From: Owenia fusiformis
Lineage: Eukaryota
DNA length: 64,000 bases
Reading direction: 5' to 3'
Assembly: GCA_903813345.2 (NCBI GenBank)
Contig: CAIIXF020000001.1
Coordinates: 4,464,001-4,528,000, forward strand
Part shown: positions 29,206 to 41,500 of the stretch, in pieces
How positions within the stretch are numbered: the stretch's first letter is position 1
Layout of the letters: every line of letters begins with the position of its first letter
Program-made: the position numbers and the translations under genes
The notes under the pieces: model-generated
What the model was told of the DNA's origin: nothing
Seen by the model: the letters and a program-made list of their open reading frames with translations, nothing else
Databases searched by the model: none

Positions 29206-32200
29206 GGTTAATTTATGAAGACAAAAATACCAGTCAAGTTTTATAAATAATCAATGAATGTCACCATAGAAACAGTTTGCAGATCAAACTTGTATCATTC
29301 TGTTGCGCCATAATCAATAAGTGATTATGAAAGTAATAAAATGTCTTTGAAGTGATGTGTATGTATTTAGGTTCTTGATGACCTCTGTAATGATACTCAA
29401 CTGAGATACTTTACGCACTCCTCTGAAACATTAAAGCTGTTTCTTGTATTAGATATTGGACATGCACATGTTATATTAGATATATTGGCCTTTTGCATAA
29501 GCCATCAATATATAAATATCGGTTTGGTTTTATAGCATGCTAGAGTTATGTTAAGAATGGAACATTAATTCAGATCAGTTTATATTGGTTGGAACATTGG
29601 GCACGATTATTGTTGCTCTAGCAATCAGTTCCCAATCACAAAATATTTTGGCTTGAATATTGCTGTGAGATGCTCTCATGTTATGACTTAAAACACCATG
29701 GTTTGTGTCACCATTTGTGTCACCGTTTGTGTCACCGTTTATACATTCTGATACATTAGACAAATATTATAGTTGTTGCGTTGTATAATGTACAACCAAA
29801 CATGCTCAAAATTTATAAAAGGAAATATTAGAATGGTTTAATCTGTAGAATTAATCTGTATTGTGAGTTTTTGTTTGAAGGCAACATGCAAAAGGTCAAA
29901 GATATTTAGCCCAAATTCTTGCTCTAAAAACTGCTTGGGCCACCTGAGCACTCCAAATAGGAACTGAACACTTCAATAGTAATAGCATCTCTTGGAGTAA
30001 GTCTCCAAATAGAGATTTGAACCATACATTCTCTGTTAAAATGATGTAGGTTTCTGTTTCTGCCTTAGACATTTCTATTTGTTTTCAGTGACACCTCTCT
30101 TATAGAATACCTTTCTATGGATGGGCTGCTTACAAGGAACAGTTCAAAACAAATAATAAAACAAATAATAATAATAATAATAATACATGTTGAGGAACCC
30201 TCTCTGTTAGATACATCTGTCTGCTGGGAACAAGGAATAGTATTAACAAATTTTGAAAATTCACCTGTCCACAGGGAACATTGGTTACTGTACATCCCAT
30301 TATTTTTCAGAGGTGTGAATTGTTTAAGCCAATACCCAATTCTAAAGAGCTTAGATTAATATGAATGAGATTAGTATAAGCCAATTGCTAACAGGATGCA
30401 ACATCCTACCTACAGTTAATTATCTCAATATTTTTTTAATCTGTCATAAATTTTCATGACACTAATGCTTTCTTTCAACAGAGCTTAATCACCTCTGACT
30501 AGTACCTATCTTTATAGAAATTTTGATGAACACACTTTGGTTGATGAAATAAAATACAGCATACATACTTGAGAAATTACATTTCAATTATATCTAATTA
30601 TGAATTAGTATTCTTCAATAATTTCAAAATATAATATGAGTATTAGAATAAGTTGAAATGTGAGCTCCATACGAGTCTGTACGAGGATCGTGCTCCTTTT
30701 TGCCCATAATGACTCGTAATTCTCGAGGCTCATACGAGCTCATACGGGGCCCAATGTAATTTGCATGTGTAGCTCCATCTATGTGGAACATCCTATGATT
30801 CTACAAGTGAAACTAATGAATACTGCAAGGGATAAAGACCTTTCCCTATGTGAATTCTACGAGATTTCTCTGCAGTTAAGCTATCAGAAATCTAACAAAC
30901 ATGATTATGCAAATCTTTGGGCCAAGGCAAATTTTATCGACACTCTGCGGAAATCAAAAACTGGAAGAAGGGATTAACCTGCTATATTGGAAAGAGAGAA
31001 GTTATTCTGACCAGATAAATCAACAGATGTATCAGGCGATATACTAGTCAACTTTGAAAAGCAGTTATCTCCGATCTGGCTTTGATCCCAAGAGACATTT
31101 TTCGATTTTTGATCGAGAGTTTTAATGCTGATTTAAATTGCGAAATTATGTTGCGTCAAACAGACATGCTAAGACAGGTCACGAAGCTCCAGGATATTTT
31201 ACAGTTATTATTTGTAAAGAATAACTTATTTCACAGATTTCTCGAAATTGTTTTCCAATTATATTCTTATATCCTGTTTATGGTCTATTTCTAAGTTTGA
31301 ATTATCTTACTGTACAATGTATTTCTAGGTTTTTCCTTTGTTTATTACAATCATTATTTTTCAACCCTTTAACCCAAGGATTGACATATTTGACTATTAT
31401 TAAATTGTATCCTGTTTATTATACATGGTATATGGCTAATAAAGATTCAATTTAGATATTCTTGACATTTATAAGGAAGTTTGATACTCGAAAAGTATGT
31501 TGTATTTTTAATGGTAGATTGCAAAGATATAAAGTATAAATCTAGGTAGTTAACATCCATATTTAATAATTGATATAAGGTTATCAATTTTGATGTGAAA
31601 AATCTATATTACGCTTGATTGCGTAAAGTTATTTTTCCATTATTCATCTTTCTTCCACATCATAGCAGTTATAAACCAAACATTTTCTCTATTTGTAATA
31701 TATGAACAGCTGGTTTCAAATATTATTTCACATGTACAGGGTTTTATTATTAGTTTTAAAAATAATATAAAGGAACCTACTCATGGCTGCCATTTTGTAT
31801 TAAATATTCAGAATTGCCATATATGGCCATCATAACAGTCCTATTTAACATTGTTAGTATAAGAAAAAAAAAAAATCTACCATACCGATCTGAATGAATG
31901 TTTCCAATCAGGAATCTTAACACATCATAACCTATATACATTCTATCTCTAGATGTTTATGTTTGACTAAAAAATGATATCTGGCATTTTCTCTTAAATG
32001 ATGTTAAAGTAAACTGTTTGAGTGGTTATTACGAATTGAATAAGGTCAAGATGACAACTTTTATATCATCATTTTTGCTATCACTGACCCAAATATTGCA
32101 TTAAAATGTTAAATCGCAAAATTAGCAAGTAGTTTTATATATTAGATATAGTAGCATAAGGAATAATTTGGCTCAGCTTTCTTTAAAGCCATTGTATAAA

Positions 32201-32249
32201 TGGAAATCAGATTTGTCTCATCTGACAAACCTTAGGAATAGTAAAACAA

Positions 32250-32454
32250 CAGGCCCGTAGCCAGAATTTTCCAAGGGGGGGGGTTCGTTTTTCTAAAAAA
32301 TTCTAGGGGGGGGGGGGGTTCACTTTGGCAAATATGGCCAAAAATCACTCAAAAATTAGTCAGAATGGTGAAAAACTGCATGATTTTGAAAGAAATTTTG
32401 GCCAGGGGGGGGGGTTCGCCCGAACCCCCCGAACCCCCCCTGGCTACGGGCCTG
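32250..32454. mobile_element. Short GC-rich MITE (CAGGCCCGTAGCCAG termini)
   Basis: Perfect 15-bp TIR CAGGCCCGTAGCCAG / CTGGCTACGGGCCTG, G and C runs inside, AACAA on both flanks. Diverged relatives at about 13967-14147 and 28691-28810. Confidence 0.8.
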
Positions 32455-33121
32455 AACAATGTCTTATGCGCATCCTCATTCATTTGTACACTTTCGCCAT
32501 CTCATTCGATTACTTTACTTAAATCCTAAATGTGCATTTGATAAATGGATGCTTTCACTTATTACGGACTATGATTGACTAACAGGGAAATGATTATAAA
32601 CATAATGGAGAAAATATGAAATGAAAGACAAGCGTTATCTCTAAGTTCATTTCATTAAGATGTCATCTCAAGAAACCAAAGAAAGTTTTCCTATTGATTG
32701 ATGAACTGACTTAACATGGCATATGTTGGCTGAGTTACATCAAAAGAAACTTTATAATCAAATTAAGACTTATCAACACTAGAGATATAATCCTTCCCTT
32801 TGATTATAACTTAATTAAAGTCTTAATTCCTTATTGATGAATTTTTTCTTATGTATTAATAGACAATGCAGACATATCATTTTATCACAATGATTAATAA
32901 GAGGTTTTATTTTATTCACTATGATTTCTGTGTCTCAAATTGTGTATGCAACTTAATTTTTATAGATTAACATACTTTTAAAAAGGCCCTAACATTGTTA
33001 CATCAAAGTTTAGTAGGATATAAAGGGTCTATCTGGCATCTAAATAGGCAATGATTCAAATATAACTGTGTCTTGTTTATTCCTATTTTGTTGGAATAAA
33101 TATAACTAGACATGTAAATTG

Positions 33122-35058
33122 AACAAGTTCAATTTAAGACTCCAGATTTAAAACTTTTTTTTAAGCTGAGTCATCCAAAATACTGTAAGCTGAGCCATTC
33201 AGAATAAGCTGAGTCATCTAGAATACAGACATTTAGACAACTCTTAAGAAGGTTATCTTCGTCTCCATTGGCTAAACATGGGGACATCGTAACATCAACT
33301 TTTCGAGACTTCAAACAGCTATAACTATCTAACCAGAATTTGGGTCGAAATTTGGTTTGCAGATTTGAATTTCTGAGAAAATTCTACGTTTGTGTCATAA
33401 CTCATACATTAAATTTTGAGAACTTTTTGTGTTGACCTACTTTCCGGACGCCATTCCTCAAAATCGGTAAGAGTAATCAAAAAAGACAGTTACAATAATG
33501 AAAGGACTGTCTTTAAGCTACATGATGAAAAAAAGATAAAGAAATAACGACGAATAGTGACAAAGATAATTGACATAACATGGGATATCAAAATACCAAT
33601 TTTTTAATTTTTCAAAACGCCATTTCTTCCAAACCGGGTGTCGGATTGAAATTTGATTTGCAGATTCGGATTCCTGAGAAAATTCTACCCTTAATTCATA
33701 ACTCATACGTTAAATTTGGAGAAACGTTCATGTTGACCTACTTTTCGGACACTATATCTCAAAAGTGGGTCAAAATACTTTCTGACGGCAAAAGGCTAAC
33801 ACTATAAGCACACTCTTTGCTACCTGTATACAAAATTTTGAAGCAAATAATTAAAGTGTAGTGTCAGAATAGGAAAAATAAGTTAAAACTATAAATTTGA
33901 CCTAGATTTTGACCTAGGCATTTTGGTGACCAAATTGTGATGCTAGCTAGCTTTTGAGGTCCCTTTCTTTTATAGGCTTTCATTATGTGAAGCTGTACTT
34001 GGTCTTTATCTCGTATTTTTCACTTCAAAAAATCTTTTTTCCCATTGCCATAACATGGGGCACCAAATTTAGCGATTTTTGAGCTTTCAAAAAGACATAA
34101 CTTCCAAACCAAAAGTCGGATTGAAATTTGGTTTGCAGATTTAGATTCCTGAGAAAATTCTACCCTTAATTCATAACTCATACGTTAAATTTGGAGAACT
34201 TTTTAGTTTGACCTACTTTTCGGACACCATATCTCAAAAGTGGGTCAAAATACTTTCTGACGGCAAAAGGCTAACACTATTAGCACACTCTTGGCTACAT
34301 GTATACAAAATTTCGAAGAATATAATTAATCTGTAGTGTCACAATCGCAAAAATAAGGAAAAACTTTGAATTTGACCTAGATTTTGACCTAGGCATTTTG
34401 GTGTCCAAATTTTTATGAAAAGAAGGTCTTGTGGTCCCTTTCTTTTATGGGCTTCCATTATGTTTAGCTGTGCTTAGTCTATATCTCGTATTTTACACTT
34501 CAAAAAAATATTTTTTCCCATTGAATTAACATGGGGCACCAAATTTAGCGATTTTTGAATTTTCAAAACGCCATAACTTCTGAACCGGAAGTCAGATCGA
34601 GATTTGGTTTTCAGATTCGGAATCCTGAGAAAATTTTCTATAAGACTGATATCCTGGACATTGGATTCGGAGAAATTTTTTTTGGACCTCGTTTTCGGAC
34701 ACTCATATCTTGAAATCGGTTTGAGATATCAAAAAACTAAATCGACCCTAGGTTTTCTACTTTTTTATGAGGAACACAATGAAAAAAACCAGGATCAAAA
34801 ATATTGAAGGACGACCGAGATAATGGGAAAAAGTGACAAAGTACTGGATTTGACCTAGTTCTTGACCTTTGACCTAGATAAAAATTTGACCTAATTTCCC
34901 AGAAAGCCGGATACAGTCTTAAGTTAACCATGTAAGTTGGATTAAGTAAGCTGTTATAGTTGACGAGAAATTTGGTGAGGAGGAAGAAAAAAGAATAATA
35001 ATAATAAAGAAAACAGGCAAAAACAATAGACTCCAGATTTTCAATCTGGAGTCTAATT
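33122..35058 (-). mobile_element. About 1.9-kb HINE-like element carrying ~475-bp internal tandem repeats
   Basis: Right end has hairpin TAGACTCCAGATTTTCAATCTGGAGTCTA next to an (AAT)n tract; left end repeats AGACTCCAGATT. AACATGGG-anchored units recur at about 33275, 33578, 34053 and 34529. Confidence 0.65.
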
Positions 35059-35554
35059 ATAAACACCAAATGACTTTGAAGTAACAATTACAAGTTTTCA
35101 TTTTCACATATTGGATGAATTTGGTCAGCTGAATATGTGTTAAATAGCCGAATATGGAATAATCTAAAAAACAAGTTTTTGCTTCTAAAGAAGCACTGCC
35201 ACGCCATCTTTAGGACTATGATTGTTCAAATTCTGTCGTTATAGAATGTTCCTGTTTCATACTCATTTTGTGAGTTTTACTAAAGATCTGTATTGTTGGA
35301 ATAAAATAAAGAAATAAGTGCTCTGTTTTTACAAAATAATTTCCAAAAATTTCCAACAAATTTTGCTGGATTTTAGATGGTAGACTAGCTATCACCCAGA
35401 AGTTGGATAATCATGATGAATGCTGTGACATCACCATTAAGCCAGAATTAAAGTAGCTGCAGGGTGATTCACCAAATGGTGTCTTTGAGAACCTTATGTG
35501 TTGTATAAAAATTAATTCATTGTTCTAAAGCATTCTTTATGCATGTACTTTCAG

Positions 35555-38500
35555 TGATGCGGCTGACAAAGCCAAGTTTAGCCACCAACATCCCAATCTA
35601 TTCAGAGAGCAGGGATATAGCAGGAGAACTGTTTGACAAAGCCAGTGAGACGGACTTGACTGTTGTCCCTGGGATAGAACACTTTGCACTCAGTGAGCTG
35701 CTGACTTTGCCTCAGAACTTTGGGTATGTTCAGTTTTCCCACCATTTCTGTTTTTTCTATGTTTGTTTAATGATGGCTTTTAACCAATTCCATTGGAGAA
35801 AGTAGAAGGGATGGAGTTTTTACTCTCAATTCCTTCTACATGTTTTGAAGAAGTGAGAGGAGTAGACTCAAACACTTATGTCAAGCATAGCTCTAAAGCT
35901 AAAAACATAAAATAAAATATTTTTACACTATAAGCAACTACACTTGTTCCATCTAATATCAACAACCGATGATACTCATTTTTTTGGTTGTTTCACCATT
36001 TACAAGCGCCAAAATTATATTAAAATGAATCAATTCATTAAAATGGAGTGTAATAAACTGTGTATTCAACTTGATCCTGTCATATAGTATTTGATTGCTT
36101 CTCTATGTTTCAGGAACATTTTCCTTGGTGAGATGTTCTCTAGTTATATCAGTGTTCACAATGACAGCTCACAGGAGTGTAAGGATATAGTAGTTAAGGT
36201 CAGTGAGACAACATTGCTTAATAATTAAATGATTGATTCCCTTTATATTTTTTACTGTGAGTAAGGGGGTGCCAGACAACTTTTCTTTGTGTGTTTGATC
36301 ATAGTTTAAGATAACAGCTCTGATTTGCTTTCCATATGAGTGGTTATGCTCTTATGTTTCTTTTACATACTGCATTTTTTAATACTTAAATCTTTCCCTT
36401 TTTGGCACTTGTGCTTTCAAGATTTTCCATGAATTCTCAAGAACAATGATAGTCAATCTATAGTTCTTATATATATAAATCTACAATTTTTATGACCAAT
36501 CTATAACTGATCATGAATGTTTGGATGTTAGGCTGACCTCCAGACAAGTTCTCAAAGACTAACACTTTCCACTGGAGGCACAGATACAGCCAAAGAGCTA
36601 GGGCCTGACCAGAGCATTGATGATATTATACACCATGAAGTCAAGGAGCTTGGCACTCACATGTAAGTACATTCAACATTAGTCCCCATCAGCTAGTACT
36701 CTATCTTCTGATAATGTAGAAGTTTCTACAGTTCTTATGATGATAATTTTATTAATAATAATCCCAAATATCACTTTAGCCTTTTATCAGACTTTGAATG
36801 ACTGGCTGTTTGCTACGCATAGGTAGACTCAGAACTATATGGAATGAAATAACATTATTCTTCAATTTACCATGGTTTTACATCTACAGGGCGTTCAGTA
36901 AGTAAAGCTAATTTTGCTCTCAAACTTTTATTTTTTGTCATTTATCTTTCAAATTTTCAGTGATGAAGCATTTGACATTTTTCTAACTACCCTGAAAAAT
37001 TAAATAAGATGTGATGAATAATAGCAAAACAATGGTTGTCATAGTAACGTGAATACGGGTTCTGCGGAGCAATTTCTTACTTTAATAAAATGTTATAATG
37101 CAATGAAATTGATTAAGATTAATGCTGCATATGTCTTTGTTTGCTATGGCTGAAAGTCACGACAAACATAACAACAACATACACAAATATGATACCATGG
37201 CAACAGTAGTCTATGACATCACAGACAGATGATACAACAGATGGAATGATCCAGAATGATCCATCAGACACTGCTCCATGACATCATCAAAATCATGGCT
37301 GCCAGGATTGCCAATGGAAGCAAAATGAACAATGAAATGAAACAACAATTGAGAAGTAGCATCAGATACAATGTGTTGCTAGGGAAATCCAAGCAGGATA
37401 CCATTAGGGATATCCAAAAAGCATATAAGGACAGTGTGCCTAAGTACACAATCTACAAATGGTATCAGAAATTCCAAAAGGGGAGAAAAACAACAAGTGA
37501 TGAGCCAAGGTCAGGGAGGCCAAAACTTCTAACCAGAATGCCGTTCAACGTTCGCTGACAAAGAACTTTCCAGATGGCTTCCACAGGATATATCAGAAGT
37601 GGATAGAACGACATCAGCTGTGTGTGAAAGCTAAGGGGAACTACTTTAAACATGAAATAGAATGCTAACTTGAAAGTAGAAATGTGTAGTAGCCACAGAA
37701 CTATGGTTGAAATATAGACAGGACAGAAACTAACGTTAACAAAATCTACTATGCTGTGAACTTATAAAATTGCTCCGCAGAACCCGTATTCGCGTTACTA
37801 TGACAACCACCATTTTGCTGTTATTCATTATATCTTGATCATTTTTTCAGGATAGTTAGAAAAGTGTCTGATGCCTCTCCACTGAAAATTTGAACAATGA
37901 TAGACAAGAAATAAAAGTTTGAGAGCAAAATTAGCTTTACTTACTGAACGCCCTGTAAATATGTCATTAGATTTTATAGGGAGAAAGCAAATTCGGGGCA
38001 CATAAAATCAGAACAAATAAGAAAATTCCCAAATCAAGAAAATAAAATTACTTTTTCTAATTTTAGATTGGTGTGTGCCGTGAGTTATACCACAGTACAG
38101 GGCGAGAAAATGTACTTCCGTAAATTCTTCAAATTCCAGGTAAACAGACAGTTAAATAGAATTCATCATGTTGAATGTACAGTAGTAAATTACTATTTAG
38201 ATACCATAGGGACTTAGAAAGAAAGTACTTTTATTTTAGGCCTATTTAAATTGTTACAAAAATGTATTTTATCTATCCAATGAATAAAGTTTTTAATATT
38301 TTACTTAAAGTCATTTGTTGTTGTGTACTGTTACAGGTGTTAAAGCCACTAGATGTCAAAACAAAATTCTACACTTCAGAGGTAAGAAACTATTTACATA
38401 ACAGTCAACTAGTATGCAGCTATATGTACACAGCAGATATTTCAAATGTCATGACATTCCTAAAAACAGGGCCTGTGGAAATATGAAGAATCGTGAAGGA

Positions 38501-41500
38501 ATTTATTATTTCTTTGTGAATGTAGAAATGCTAAAATCCCTTGCTTAAGATGTCTGGTCATGTTCCTTTTCACAAAGCATAAGACTTTGTAGCACATGCC
38601 CTGAAAACATGTACATATACAGTAAAACTTGTCATGTGGAACACCTCTTTAAGTGAAGCATCTCTAAATGGAACACTTTCAAAATTCTGGTTCTGATAAA
38701 CTTTTAAACAGCTCCAAAATGGAACACAATTTTTTTTAGGTACTAATGGTGTATTTTATATATACATGTTTTACTGTATTGTATAAGATATGAACTTTGC
38801 TAAATCTACTATTTTTCCCAACCTATAACTCCGAACCTGACCCAAGGCATTTTATGCATGTTGCACTCATTAAAGCGGTAATATGAAAAGACTGCCATAA
38901 TGTATGAGTTAGAATTTTATGAAGAAATTGGAAAAGTATTCAATGTAGAGTAGCATTATATTGTGAGTTTAGTATTAATATAGTAGGTTTGATATAGATC
39001 AATCTCTGAATTAAATGCTTGATAATTTCTCAGATACTAGTGTTTTATTTGCTGATGTATTTTGATTTTAATTTCTGTTTTATAAATGAACATTATGGTT
39101 TAATCCATAGGACCTTATAGTAAGTTGAATGTAGAATCAATGTTTATTTTCATCAGTTGTGGTATAAGGGTTTCATTTTCATTTATTTGTTTAGTTTTTT
39201 TATTCCAATTATTAGATTTTTAGTTAATATAGCAGTGATATCCTCAGTATTAGTTGCACCTGTTGACTATTATATGCCACCCTATTGAAAATCATATACC
39301 ACCCTATTGAAAATTATGTGCCACCCTATTGAAAATTATGTGCCACCCTATTGAAAATCATTTACCACCCTATTGAAAAGTATATGCCACCCTATTGAAA
39401 ATCATATACCACCCTATTGAAAATTATATGCCACGCTATTGAAAATTATGTGCCACCCTATTGAAAATCATATACCACCCTATTGAAAATTATATGCCAC
39501 CCTATTGAAAATTATGTGCCACCCTATTGAAAATTATGTGCCACCCTATTGAAAATCATTTACCACCCTATTGAAAAGTATATGCCACCTTGTTGAAAAT
39601 CATATACCACCCTATTGAAAATCATATACCACCCTGTTGAAAATTATATGCCACCCTATTGAAAAGTATATGCCAACTCTTTGAAGATTATATGCCACCC
39701 TATTGAAAATTATATGCCACCCTATTGAAAATCATATGCCACCCTATTGAAAATATGTTTGCACCCTCTCAGAAGTATGAAAAATATTTACCTGTTTTTC
39801 TACCAAAACATGTAAGTTTAGATTTGCACTCTATTGAGAAAAAACCTGGAGAGATCACTGCATTATTATTATTATAATATTTCAAAAATGCTATTTTTAT
39901 TGTGTCACTCATGTAACATGTAACTCATGATTTTGCTATATAGGAATCTATAACTATATATACTGTACTGTACCTCCTTTAGAATTTTTTAGGCTGAAAA
40001 ATGCTGAAAAAATCCAGTGCCATCTTTGTTACCTTATTTGATTGGCCCACTGTAGAAATGGATGTCATCTAAGAACCAATCATAGTACAGATATCTGTAG
40101 TTATATATTCATCCATTTACATTTTGCAAAATCTATAATACTTGTGTGTTCTGCTTTTCAATTAAAGAAAGACCTGCATGAACAAGGGGTAGGTGCTAGT
40201 AAGAGATGTGGCTTGGAATATGGACAACATAGGCATTTTAGGTCACCACCATGAAGTGGTGACATACTGTTATAGCCACCATTTTGTAATTGGCATTCAG
40301 TGTTTGGTGTTCAGAAATTGATGTTTTTAATAAAGTGTCACATTTTTGTAATCATTTACAATTCCCATGAGATGGTGACATTTTGTCATTGTAATGCCTT
40401 GTCATATATTTTGTGCTTGATTTTGAAACTTAGATAAGGAGGTGTAGGTCCATATTTTGCACCAGATTGTGTTTAGAACCCAATGCAAGCTAAACATGTG
40501 TATTGTATAAGCATATTAAATGATGCTCAGTGCTCACCTCAACTGAACATTTGCTTTTAGTCCCTGGATTGTATGCAAATATATGCTGCTTCAGGATAAC
40601 CTTACATGTCTGAGATTTACTTCATGATCAATTTTAAATGTCCTAGAACTTTTTGGCTTTCCCCCAAGGGTCAGGATTATCTGTGAGAGTTTTAAACTAT
40701 TTCTTGATTAATCACAATAGACTTTAAATCTTGCCGAATACCCTAAGAGATGCCAGGGAAAATCGTCTGCAACTATTTTTGTAATTTAACTGTGCATTTC
40801 TTTGGTGTCTACTGCTCAAAGGAAGCACATTTAAACTTTACACAAAACTGAAAAATCGACTGTGCACGCTTTACCCAAATATTTATCTACACACAACTGC
40901 ACACAAATCAGCACCATCTTCCTACAAGTGTGCTTATTTAAATGTATTGGTCCAGTAACATATATAAGCGTATATCAAAGTTAACATAATTCAAAGCTGA
41001 CAAGTTAAACTGAACATAGAAATTTCTTGGACTAGATGTGATATTTTTCAATGTTTAAAAGGAATATGTTATTTGAAAATTAATTTGTCAAACAGGTAAA
41101 TCAACACACTAATATACCCCAAAATAAATGTATTAACTTACCAAAAAGTTAAGTATTTTATGGACCTATATGTTTGAATTCAGAATCAAATAATTAGAAA
41201 TTAAATTCCTTAATGGAATATTCAAATATGCTGTGATACATGCATAACATTCAAAATAGCTTGAATGGCATACTGAGGTTTGAGTATAATGAGTCCAGCC
41301 CCTCATTGGCATATAACATCATTTGTAGAAAATGTGAAGCTAATAAGCTATTACATGTGTAAAGCTAGATAAATGAAACATGTTATTTCAAGATTTGAAT
41401 GACCCGATTGTTTGTCTTTTATTAAAACTTTAGAGGTTGACAATTAGATCTTCAAGGACCTAACCTTTTCAGTGAAATATTGAAAAAGGATTGATCAGTA

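Noticed and set aside
30661-30755. CpG-rich patch of ACGAG/CTCGT motifs
   Set aside because: Probably a fragment of a dispersed repeat; no termini or second copy could be defined in this window.
12000-35554. SHLD3-like gene in TRAPPC13 intron 1, by analogy with human
   Set aside because: No non-repetitive ORF of suitable length in the ORF track for this interval.
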